From contig JAVHRJ010000432.1 in the NCBI GenBank assembly GCA_036171595.1, positions 7,453 through 31,452 on the forward strand: a stretch of 24,000 bases of DNA. Reading direction: 5' to 3'. The translations under genes were made by a program, and so were the position numbers. Within the stretch, counting starts at the first letter, position 1. The number at the start of each line of letters is the position of its first letter. Below are positions 16,543-24,000 of the stretch, in pieces. Source of the DNA: Bacteroidales bacterium. GTDB lineage: Bacteria; Bacteroidota; Bacteroidia; Bacteroidales; GWA2-32-17. The notes under the pieces are model-generated. The model was not told the origin of the DNA and made no database searches. It saw nothing but the letters and a program-made list of their open reading frames with translations.

Positions 16543-17013
16543 ATGGATATAACAATAGTAAACATAATTCAAGCAATGCTTGCTCCTGGCATAATGATTT
16601 CGGCTTGTGGGTTACTTTTATTAAGTATGAGCAATAAATATTCGTTAACTGTAGCAAGAATTAGAGTTTTAAATGACGAAAAACGTAAATATATTACAAA
16701 TTCAAAATCTGTTCATCCTAACAACGAGCAAGAGATTAGAATGCATAGCGTTAATGCTCAGTTGCGACGTTTTCAAAAACGTCTAAGATTAGTTAGAGAT
16801 GCAGTTGTTTTTTACACATTAGCAATTGCATTTTTTATATTATCATCGCTAACTATTGGATTAAAATTTTTAACAACAATTCAATATCTTGAGAACGTTG
16901 TTATTGGTTTGTTTTTAGCAGGAATGCTATTTGTTCTTTGCGGAGTATTACTTGCAGCAATTGAAGTTACAAAAGGTTATAACATAGTGCAAATTGAGAT
17001 AAACGACATATAA
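16543..17013 (+). CDS. DUF2721-like small membrane protein
   Basis: 156 aa. An N-terminal TM (IIQAMLAPGIMISACGLLLLSMSNKYS) is followed by a charged helix and two C-terminal TM segments. The layout and N-terminal motif resemble DUF2721 proteins. This assignment is from memory. Confidence 0.55.
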   Translation: MDITIVNIIQAMLAPGIMISACGLLLLSMSNKYSLTVARIRVLNDEKRKYITNSKSVHPNNEQEIRMHSVNAQLRRFQKRLRLVRDAVVFYTLAIAFFILSSLTIGLKFLTTIQYLENVVIGLFLAGMLFVLCGVLLAAIEVTKGYNIVQIEINDI

Positions 17014-17014
17014 C

Positions 17015-17046
17015 AAAAAACAGAGTAAAATTTACTCTGTTTTTTG
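17015..17046. terminator. Bidirectional Rho-independent terminator between convergent genes
   Basis: AAAAAACAGAGTAAA-A-TTTACTCTGTTTTTT is a near-perfect palindrome. The stem is ACAGAGTA/TACTCTGT, flanked by an A-run on the left and a T-run on the right, so it reads as hairpin plus U-tract on both strands. It sits 2 nt after the stop at 17013 and 18 nt before the minus-strand stop at 17064. Confidence 0.75.
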
Positions 17047-17063
17047 TTAATTTAAAAATATGT

Positions 17064-17867
17064 TTATCCTTGTTTAACAACTCCACTATTGTAATCGAGT
17101 TGCGAACCAAACATACTATGAGGAATACTATAAACTATAATCGTTAATATTGCAGCAACAATAAACCAACCGCGACGTTCCTTTTTGTAGTTTGCAAATA
17201 CAGCAACTAACCAACCAGTAAAACCAATAAGTGTTTTATTATCGGTTAAATCCCAACCAAAAGGAACACCTGTCCACAATTCACCAAATGCAAATTTTTG
17301 AACAACAGGTCCTAAAAACAAACCACCTATAATAGTAACACCTAAAGTAATAATAGCAAATTTCATTTGTTTTGATCTATTTCCGATAGCTAATAATCCA
17401 GTAAAATTTGAAAAAAACATTGCTAAAAACATAAAGAAAATATGTGGAATAAGAACCCACAACGGAACACTTCCTTTAAACCTAACAACAACGGGCTTTT
17501 CTGTTCCCCAAACATCTTGTCCATTAGGCTTTAATCTAATTGTATAAAAAAGTTTTCCAGCAGGAGGTTGCGATGGCATTGCAGCAATTAAAGTATCGTT
17601 TTGGTTTTTCATTTCAACAACTGTATATTTATCTGCAGTGTTAAACCTTTTATAAAACAAAATACCTTGAGTATTTTTTGCAATTGGAATTTTAATTAAC
17701 AAATCTTTACCTGTATCAGATGATCGAATAAGCTTATATTTTAAAATAGTAGTGTTATTAATTAATGTTCCTTTTTGCGGATAAGTAGGACCGGTTCTTT
17801 TTTGATAATAAGCAGCTGACAAAGTAATTAAAAAAGCCAAAGTCCAAAACATCCATTGATTTTTCAT
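17064..17867 (-). CDS. Conserved-looking membrane protein of unknown function (N-terminal anchor, ~115-aa periplasmic beta-rich domain, 4 C-terminal TM helices)
   Basis: 267-aa ORF with an ATG start 24 nt downstream of the LOG gene stop. Hydrophobic segments at residues ~5-20, 134-160, 170-193, 212-226 and 234-249. I recognise no family. Confidence 0.6.
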   Translation of the reverse strand: MKNQWMFWTLAFLITLSAAYYQKRTGPTYPQKGTLINNTTILKYKLIRSSDTGKDLLIKIPIAKNTQGILFYKRFNTADKYTVVEMKNQNDTLIAAMPSQPPAGKLFYTIRLKPNGQDVWGTEKPVVVRFKGSVPLWVLIPHIFFMFLAMFFSNFTGLLAIGNRSKQMKFAIITLGVTIIGGLFLGPVVQKFAFGELWTGVPFGWDLTDNKTLIGFTGWLVAVFANYKKERRGWFIVAAILTIIVYSIPHSMFGSQLDYNSGVVKQG

Positions 17868-17891
17868 GTTTTTCTTAATTTTAATTAAAGA

Positions 17892-18602
17892 TTAAAAATT
17901 TGGTTTATGTACGTATTTTTGATAGAAATTATGAATATATTCTACTGCTTCTTCCGATGAGTCGGCTAAAAAAAACAATTCTAAATCTTTTTGCGAAATG
18001 TTATGTTCCTCATTTAAAACAAATTTTTTAACCCATTCTATTAATCCTTGCCAATATGATTTTCCAACTAAAACAATAGGAAAAGGTGCAATTTTTTTTG
18101 TTTGAATTAAAGTTATAGCCTCAAACAATTCATCAAAAGTGCCAAAACCACCAGGCAAAACAACAAATCCTTGAGCATATTTCATAAACATAACTTTTCT
18201 AACAAAGAAATAATCGAAGTTTATTATTTTATCTAAATCGATATATGGATTTGGATGTTGTTCGAATTCGAGTTTAATGTTAACCCCAACAGAATTGCCA
18301 CCACCAAGTTTAGCTCCTTTATTACCTGCCTCCATAATACCGGGACCTCCGCCAGTAATAACTCCATAACCAAGTTGAGTTAATTTATAAGCAATTTCTT
18401 CGGCTAATTTAAAATATTTATTTTCTGGTTTTGTACGAGCAGAACCAAAAATTGAAACACAAGGACCAATTTTTGAAAGTTTCTCGAAACCTTGTACAAA
18501 TTCAGACATTATTTTAAAAATTTGCCAAGAATCGTGAGTTTTAATTTCGTTCCAATCTTTATTTTCAAACGCTTTAATTAATTTCTCGTCAGTTGAATTC
18601 AT
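17892..18602 (-). CDS. LOG family / TIGR00730 Rossmann-fold protein (putative nucleotide 5'-monophosphate nucleosidase, 'lysine decarboxylase-like')
   Basis: Motifs VSIFGSAR, GYGVITGGGPGIMEAGNKGA and the family hallmark PGGFGTFDELFE. The start ATG overlaps the uvrA stop (ATGA, 18599-18602). Confidence 0.8.
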   Translation of the reverse strand: MNSTDEKLIKAFENKDWNEIKTHDSWQIFKIMSEFVQGFEKLSKIGPCVSIFGSARTKPENKYFKLAEEIAYKLTQLGYGVITGGGPGIMEAGNKGAKLGGGNSVGVNIKLEFEQHPNPYIDLDKIINFDYFFVRKVMFMKYAQGFVVLPGGFGTFDELFEAITLIQTKKIAPFPIVLVGKSYWQGLIEWVKKFVLNEEHNISQKDLELFFLADSSEEAVEYIHNFYQKYVHKPNF

Positions 18603-21484
18603 ATTTTAATAAGTTTATTATTTTTAATTTTAAAATTAGTATTTATTTTTAATTCATCAGCTAAAAATTTTGATGTAAACCCATTTCCTTGCAAAACTAT
18701 TTCTTCAGGTGTTCCTTGAGATATAATATTACCGCCTCTTGTACCGCCCTCTAAACCCATATCAATAATGTAATCTGCTTGTTTAATTACGTCTAAGTTA
18801 TGTTCAATTACAATAATAGAATTCCCCTTATCAACTAATTTATTTAGCACATTCATTAAAATTCTAACATCTTCGAAATGCAACCCAGTTGTTGGTTCAT
18901 CTAATATATAAAGTGTTTTACCTGTGTCTTTTTTTGTAAATTCTGTTGCAATTTTTATTCGCTGTGCTTCGCCACCGCTTAATGTTATTGATGACTGTCC
19001 AAGAGTTATATAGCCTAATCCAACATCAACAATAGCTTGCAATTTGTTATGAATTTTTGGAATATTTTCAAAAAATTCTGCAGCATGTTTTGCACTTAAC
19101 TCAAGTACATCACTTATTGATTTTCCTTTATATCTTACTTCAAGTGTTTCGCGATTGTAACGTTTACCATTGCATTCTGTGCACGTTACATAAACATCAG
19201 GCAGAAAATTCATTTCTATAGTCTTAACACCAGCGCCACCGCAACTTTCGCAACGACCTCCTTTAACATTAAATGAAAATCGCCCAGCATTATAACCTCT
19301 TATTTTTGATGTTGGCATATCTTCAAATAATTTTCTAATATCGGCAAATATTTGGGTGTAAGTTACTGGATTTGAACGCGGAGTTCTACCAATTGGCGAT
19401 TGGTCAACTTCAATAACTTTATCAATATTTTCGATTCCTGATATTTGTTTATATGGAAGTGGATTTTTTAAAGAACGATAAAATTGCTTTGATAAAATTG
19501 GTTGTAATGTTTCTTTAATTAAACTCGATTTTCCGCTTCCCGAAACTCCTGTAACACATACTAACTTTCCTAAAGGAATTGTTAAATCTACATTCTTCAA
19601 ATTGTTACCAGTTGCACCTTTTAGTTTTAAAAAATTTCCATTTCCATTTCTTCTATTTTTTGGAACTTCAATATTTTTTCTTTGACTTAGGTAATCTGCT
19701 GTTAATCCATGCAATTTTACAATTTGTTCTGGAGTTCCTTGAGCAATAATTTCGCCACCATTTTGACCAGCAAATGGCCCCATGTCAATAACATAATCGG
19801 CCGACATTATCATTTGCTTATCATGCTCAACAACAATTACAGTATTTCCAGCATCTCTTAATTGTTTTAAAGAATCAATAAGTCGCTCGTTATCACGCTG
19901 ATGTAACCCTATACTAGGCTCATCTAGAATATATAACACGTTTACTAATTTACTGCCAATTTGTGTTGCAAGCCTAATGCGCTGACTTTCGCCTCCCGAT
20001 AAAGATGAGGCAGGGCGATTTAAATTCAAATAATCAATACCCACATCGAGTATAAATTTTAATCTATTGCGAATTTCTTTTAGCACATCGCGAGCAATTA
20101 TTGCTTGCTTTTGAGAAATACGATCTTCAATATTATTAAGCCATTCATACAAATCGGAGAGATTCATTTGAGATAATTCTGCAATATTTTTATTGTCGAT
20201 TTTAAAATATAACGACTCTTTTTTTAACCTTGCACCATTACATTCGTTACAAATTTCTTCAACAACAAAATCGTTTGACCATTGAATAGCTTTTTGAGAA
20301 GTTGACTCATGGTGTTGTATTAAAACATAATTCACAATTCCTTCCCAATTAATTAAGTAGTTTGATGATATTCCTGGATAATTCCCCTGCAACCTAAAAG
20401 TCTCGCCAGAGCCATATAACAATATGTTTAATGAATTTTCTGGAATTTCTTGAATTGGAGTTTTTAGAGTAAAATTATATTTTGCAGCAATTGCTTCGAG
20501 TTGCCAAAATATAAGTGAACTTCGATATTTCCCTAAAGGAGCAAAGCCACCACTAGCAATAGATTTAGATTTATCGGGTATTATTTTATTTAAATCGACA
20601 CGTGTAAAACGCCCTAAACCGCTGCAATTTGGACAAGCACCTTGAGGCGAATTAAACGAAAAACTGTGTGGGGCAGGTTCATTGTATGAAATTCCGCTCG
20701 TTGGACACATAAACGAACGACTAAAATATCTTACTTTGTCAGTTTCATTTTCAATTATTAAACAAATGCCATTGCCTTGTTTCATGGCCATTTGAATAGA
20801 TTCGCGCAAACGTTTTTCAGAAGATTCGTTTACAATAATTCTATCAATTACAAGTTCAATGTTATGAATTTTGTATCGGTCAACTTTTAATCCAAATTTA
20901 AGTTCTTTTATTTCATCGTCGATACGAATGTAGATAAATCCTTTTCGTCTGGCTCGTTCAAAAAGCTCCTGATAATGACCTTTACGTCCTTTTACTAAAG
21001 GAGCTAAAATTGAAATTTCTTTATTTTCAAATTGCTCTTTTATAATGTTATTAATTTGAACTTCAGAATATTTAATCATTTTTTCATTTGTTATATACGA
21101 AAACGCTTCAGATGCGCGTGCATATAACAATCTTAAAAAATCATATATTTCAGTAGTAGTTCCAACAGTAGAACGAGGATTTCGACTAATAGTTTTTTGC
21201 TCAATTGCAATAACAGGGCTTAATCCAGAAATTTTATCAACATCGGGCCGTTCTAAACTACCAATAAATCCTCTAGCATAAGCCGAAAATGTTTCGATAT
21301 AACGACGTTGACCTTCGGCATATAAAGTATCAAAAGCTAACGAAGATTTACCGCTTCCACTTAAACCAGTAATAACAGTAAGTTTATTACGAGGAATTAC
21401 AAGACTTATGTTTTTTAAATTATGAACCCTTGCCCCTATTATCTCGATATTTTCCTGCCTAACAACTGCAAGTTCCTCTGCCAT
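18599..21484 (-). CDS. uvrA: Excinuclease ABC subunit A (UvrA)
   Basis: 961 aa with two ABC ATPase modules. These show Walker A GLSGSGKSSLAFDT and GVSGSGKSSL, signature LSGGESQRIRLA and LSGGEAQRIKIA, and Walker B LYILDEPSIGLH and LYILDEPTTGLH. Zn-finger motifs CPNCSGLG and CESCGGAG...CTECNGKRY are present. Confidence 0.95.
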   Translation of the reverse strand: MAEELAVVRQENIEIIGARVHNLKNISLVIPRNKLTVITGLSGSGKSSLAFDTLYAEGQRRYIETFSAYARGFIGSLERPDVDKISGLSPVIAIEQKTISRNPRSTVGTTTEIYDFLRLLYARASEAFSYITNEKMIKYSEVQINNIIKEQFENKEISILAPLVKGRKGHYQELFERARRKGFIYIRIDDEIKELKFGLKVDRYKIHNIELVIDRIIVNESSEKRLRESIQMAMKQGNGICLIIENETDKVRYFSRSFMCPTSGISYNEPAPHSFSFNSPQGACPNCSGLGRFTRVDLNKIIPDKSKSIASGGFAPLGKYRSSLIFWQLEAIAAKYNFTLKTPIQEIPENSLNILLYGSGETFRLQGNYPGISSNYLINWEGIVNYVLIQHHESTSQKAIQWSNDFVVEEICNECNGARLKKESLYFKIDNKNIAELSQMNLSDLYEWLNNIEDRISQKQAIIARDVLKEIRNRLKFILDVGIDYLNLNRPASSLSGGESQRIRLATQIGSKLVNVLYILDEPSIGLHQRDNERLIDSLKQLRDAGNTVIVVEHDKQMIMSADYVIDMGPFAGQNGGEIIAQGTPEQIVKLHGLTADYLSQRKNIEVPKNRRNGNGNFLKLKGATGNNLKNVDLTIPLGKLVCVTGVSGSGKSSLIKETLQPILSKQFYRSLKNPLPYKQISGIENIDKVIEVDQSPIGRTPRSNPVTYTQIFADIRKLFEDMPTSKIRGYNAGRFSFNVKGGRCESCGGAGVKTIEMNFLPDVYVTCTECNGKRYNRETLEVRYKGKSISDVLELSAKHAAEFFENIPKIHNKLQAIVDVGLGYITLGQSSITLSGGEAQRIKIATEFTKKDTGKTLYILDEPTTGLHFEDVRILMNVLNKLVDKGNSIIVIEHNLDVIKQADYIIDMGLEGGTRGGNIISQGTPEEIVLQGNGFTSKFLADELKINTNFKIKNNKLIKI

Positions 21485-21485
21485 T

Positions 21486-22535
21486 TCAATTAATTTTTGG
21501 AGTATTATTTACTGATGTAGTATCGGAATTTTCTTGTTGAAGTATTCCTGAATCTAACCAAATTTTATTTAAATCGCGATATCCAGATTTCGGGATTTTA
21601 AGTATATATTTTTTTGATTGAGCATTAGTTAGTGTATTTTGCCGTAACCAAGGATTAAAATATTTTAATAATTTATAATTTATCTCTTTATTTATTGCAA
21701 ATGATGCAAGATCAGATATTGTTGAATCGACAATTATATTTTCGGTTGGTATTGGGGGATATAAGTCTTTTTTGCGAAAATGCAACCCATAATTTAATGG
21801 ACTTTGCATTATTGTTTTTATTGCAATAATTCTATATACATATCGAGAGGTTTCGTCGTTTAACAAAAGTTCGTAATATGAACTTACTTTTTGTTTCTTT
21901 AATTGATTATCGATACCGCCCATACCTGCATTATACGATGCAGCCACAAGAGCCCAATCTTTATAATAGTTATAACAATCTTTTAAATAAACACATGCCG
22001 CTTTAGTCGATTTTTCTAAATTATATCTTTCATCAATTTCGTCAGTAACTTCGAGTCCATATTTTAATGCAGTTGGTTTCATAAATTGCCAAAAACCAGA
22101 TGCACCAGCAGGACTAACAACATTACTTAAACCACTTTCGGCAACACATAAATATTTAAAATCATCAGGTATTCCATTTTGTTTTAAAATTGGTTCAATA
22201 ATAGGGAAATAACGGAATGCTCGTTTAACAAACAAAAATACTTGAGAATGCCAATATGTATTAATTAAAAATTCTCTATCAAGATTTTCATACACATCAA
22301 AATACTCTAATGGAACTTTTTCATCTGCAAATGATAAGCTATCTGGCAACTGAACAGCATAAACAGCATAACGCGAATAAAATTCTTCGATATATTTTTT
22401 ATCGGTAGATGAATCTTTTTTGCTTCCAGAAAAACTAAAAAGACTTATTATTAGCCATAGCAAGCATAGTGCAGTAAATGTTGAAGCAAGTTTAAGCCAA
22501 AAATTTTTTAATTTGTTAAAATCTATTTGTTTCAA
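21486..22535 (-). CDS. Membrane-anchored lytic transglycosylase (SLT/MltD-like domain)
   Basis: N-terminal TM anchor (FTALCLLWLIISLFSF). SLT catalytic region (LCVAESGLSNVVSPAGASGFWQFM, catalytic Glu in the ES motif) plus AASYNAG. The first codon is TTG (22533-22535), 1 nt after the upstream stop, with no alternative in-frame ATG nearby. Confidence 0.7.
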   Translation of the reverse strand: MKQIDFNKLKNFWLKLASTFTALCLLWLIISLFSFSGSKKDSSTDKKYIEEFYSRYAVYAVQLPDSLSFADEKVPLEYFDVYENLDREFLINTYWHSQVFLFVKRAFRYFPIIEPILKQNGIPDDFKYLCVAESGLSNVVSPAGASGFWQFMKPTALKYGLEVTDEIDERYNLEKSTKAACVYLKDCYNYYKDWALVAASYNAGMGGIDNQLKKQKVSSYYELLLNDETSRYVYRIIAIKTIMQSPLNYGLHFRKKDLYPPIPTENIIVDSTISDLASFAINKEINYKLLKYFNPWLRQNTLTNAQSKKYILKIPKSGYRDLNKIWLDSGILQQENSDTTSVNNTPKIN

Positions 22536-22536
22536 T

Positions 22537-23601
22537 TTATTTTGGTTTTGTGATTCGTGTATTTATATAAAAAAATAAAAACGCAAAAATAGCAAAAATT
22601 AATGAAAATACTGCTATATAACTAGTATAAATTGAAGTTAAATTCAAGATTAAAACTCCAGCAAAAACTGCTATTATATTTATTAACATATACATAACGG
22701 CAATTTTTTGTTCGGTAAAACCCAAATAATAAAAAAAGTGAGTAGTATGATCTCTTCCTCCAACAAAAGGAGATTTTTTGTTTAATAATCTATTAATTGT
22801 AACTGTTGAAGTATCGATAATTGGTATTAAAAATATCAATAAAATAACCAAAACATGAAAAATTGACGGATGAATATTAAATGTAGTTGGGCTATTCCAA
22901 AAATAAATAATGCTATATGCTCCAAAAAAAGAACCAAGCATTTGGCTTCCTGTATCGCCCATATACATTTTTGCTGGATGCCAATTAAATTTTAAGAATG
23001 ATATTAACGACGAAAATAAAGCTATGAAAATAATTAAATCAATATTAGAACCATTTGTTATAATATTTTGTAAAATTAAACCTATTGTAATTGTTATCGA
23101 CACATTTGTAGTTATTGCATCCATATTATCAAGCATATTAATAGAATTCATAATACTTGTAATCCAAAATACAGTAAAAAAAGCATTAAAATAATAATTT
23201 GAGGATATTTCTATATAAATTCCTCCTCTAATAAGTATAACAGCACAGGCTATTTGAGCAAAAAGTTTTAAAATTGGCGATATGCTAATCATATCATCAG
23301 CAAGACCTGTTAAAAATGCAACAATAAGCACAATACCAATATAAATATTTTCTTCGTTTATTAAAAAAATGTCTTTTTGATAAACCACATAAGCTAAAGA
23401 AGATACAAATAAAATTACAAAAAAAGTAATTCCTCCTGAAATGGGTTTTGTTTGGCTACTCCATCTAACACCATTTAAATTAGCTTTTCTAATATTATAT
23501 TTTGTTGATTTATTAAAAAAGAATTTATGAGTAAAATAGCTAACAAATAAAAAAACAACAAAATAAGCCAAATAAAATATATGAATATATATGTTACTCA
23601 T
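22537..23601 (-). CDS. MraY/WecA-family (GT4) polyprenyl-phosphate sugar-1-phosphate transferase, likely the initiating enzyme of a surface polysaccharide pathway
   Basis: 354 aa with ~10 TM segments. Motifs GLADDMISISP, NSINMLDNMDAITT and YMGDTGSQMLGSFFG are typical of WecA/WbpL/MraY-type transferases. Confidence 0.8.
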   Translation of the reverse strand: MSNIYIHIFYLAYFVVFLFVSYFTHKFFFNKSTKYNIRKANLNGVRWSSQTKPISGGITFFVILFVSSLAYVVYQKDIFLINEENIYIGIVLIVAFLTGLADDMISISPILKLFAQIACAVILIRGGIYIEISSNYYFNAFFTVFWITSIMNSINMLDNMDAITTNVSITITIGLILQNIITNGSNIDLIIFIALFSSLISFLKFNWHPAKMYMGDTGSQMLGSFFGAYSIIYFWNSPTTFNIHPSIFHVLVILLIFLIPIIDTSTVTINRLLNKKSPFVGGRDHTTHFFYYLGFTEQKIAVMYMLINIIAVFAGVLILNLTSIYTSYIAVFSLIFAIFAFLFFYINTRITKPK

Positions 23602-24000
23602 TATAAACGCGAAATAATTTTTGAAATAAACCCTTTCTTTTTCATAGTTTTAGACTCATCATAATAATCGGTATGATACTCCGAATTTCCATAACCATAG
23701 CCATAACCATAACCGTAATTATATCCACCATATCGCGATTTTTCGATATCAATACCATTAACAACAACCGACAAATCTTTAATATGTTTTTCGATTAATA
23801 AATGGTTTAAGTTGTATAAAAAGGTCCTTTTTGAATAATGAGCTTTTATTACATATATTGGATAATCGCAATTTTTAAATATACTTAATGCATCTGTAAC
23901 AAGACCAAGCGGTGGTGTATCTATTATTACAAAATCATAAATTTGTTTTAGCTCATTTATAATATTTGATATTTCTTTACCGGCTGTAAGCTCCGAAGGA
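23601..24000 (-). CDS. C-terminal part of a BY-kinase (Wzc/CpsD-type tyrosine autokinase, chain-length regulator), 5'-partial at window edge
   Basis: Not in the ORF track because there is no start inside the window. My translation of the minus strand from nt 23999 is ...ELKQIYDFVIIDTPPLGLVTDALSIFKNCDYPIYVIKAHYSKRTF...VVVNGIDIEKSRYGGYNYGYGYGYGYGNSEYHTDYYDESKTMKKKGFISKIISRL*. It shows a Walker B-like DFVIIDTPP and a C-terminal Tyr cluster (10 Tyr in 24 residues). The stop TAA (23601-23603) overlaps the downstream ATG by 1 nt. Confidence 0.75.
   Translation of the reverse strand, partial: PSELTAGKEISNIINELKQIYDFVIIDTPPLGLVTDALSIFKNCDYPIYVIKAHYSKRTFLYNLNHLLIEKHIKDLSVVVNGIDIEKSRYGGYNYGYGYGYGYGNSEYHTDYYDESKTMKKKGFISKIISRL

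Noticed and set aside
23661-23732. Tandem CCATAACC/ATAGCCATAACC-type short repeat
   Set aside because: This is not a non-coding repeat or CRISPR-like element. It is the reverse complement of TAT/GGT codons encoding the YGYGYGYGY autophosphorylation cluster of the BY-kinase.
1-24000. Search for tRNA, rRNA, CRISPR arrays, transposase/integrase genes, toxin-antitoxin pairs or a recognisable multi-gene defence system
   Set aside because: All intergenic spacers are short (<190 nt), AT-rich and lack cloverleaf-capable GC-rich segments or regularly spaced direct repeats. No ORF shows recombinase, Cas or other defence-type motifs I recognise. The window reads as mostly core genome.

Overview
AT-rich window that reads as a Bacteroidota-type chromosomal core region. 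The evidence is a long-form YidC, TPR/PD40 envelope proteins, a GxxExxY gene, TAnnTTTG promoter-like motifs and near-absent Shine-Dalgarno spacing. I support 20 protein-coding genes. Two of them run off the window edges: yidC at the left, and a tyrosine-kinase C-terminus at the right that is missing from the ORF track. Plus strand, 1-9335: yidC, an EI24/CysZ-like membrane protein, mqnA, a TPR-PD40 envelope protein, NfeD, a GNAT, a GxxExxY gene and an M28-PDZ peptidase. Minus strand, 9424-14441: an M20 amidohydrolase, a half-size TSUP/TauE protein and a 1088-aa propeller-plus-barrel outer-membrane protein. Plus strand, 14543-17013: an Nramp(MntH)-Usp fusion and a DUF2721-like protein. Minus strand, 17064-24000: one tightly packed string of BY-kinase, WecA-like transferase, lytic transglycosylase, uvrA, a LOG-family protein and an unknown membrane protein. 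I found no tRNA, rRNA, CRISPR array, transposase, integrase or recognisable multi-gene defence system, and I do not claim one. The only clearly accessory-looking element is a ~0.5 kb GxxExxY mini-cassette bracketed by inverted 4-unit repeat arrays. The other observations are unusual domain architectures and gene couplings of moderate interest. All functional calls rest on motif recognition by eye, with no database search, so family assignments are hypotheses of varying strength.
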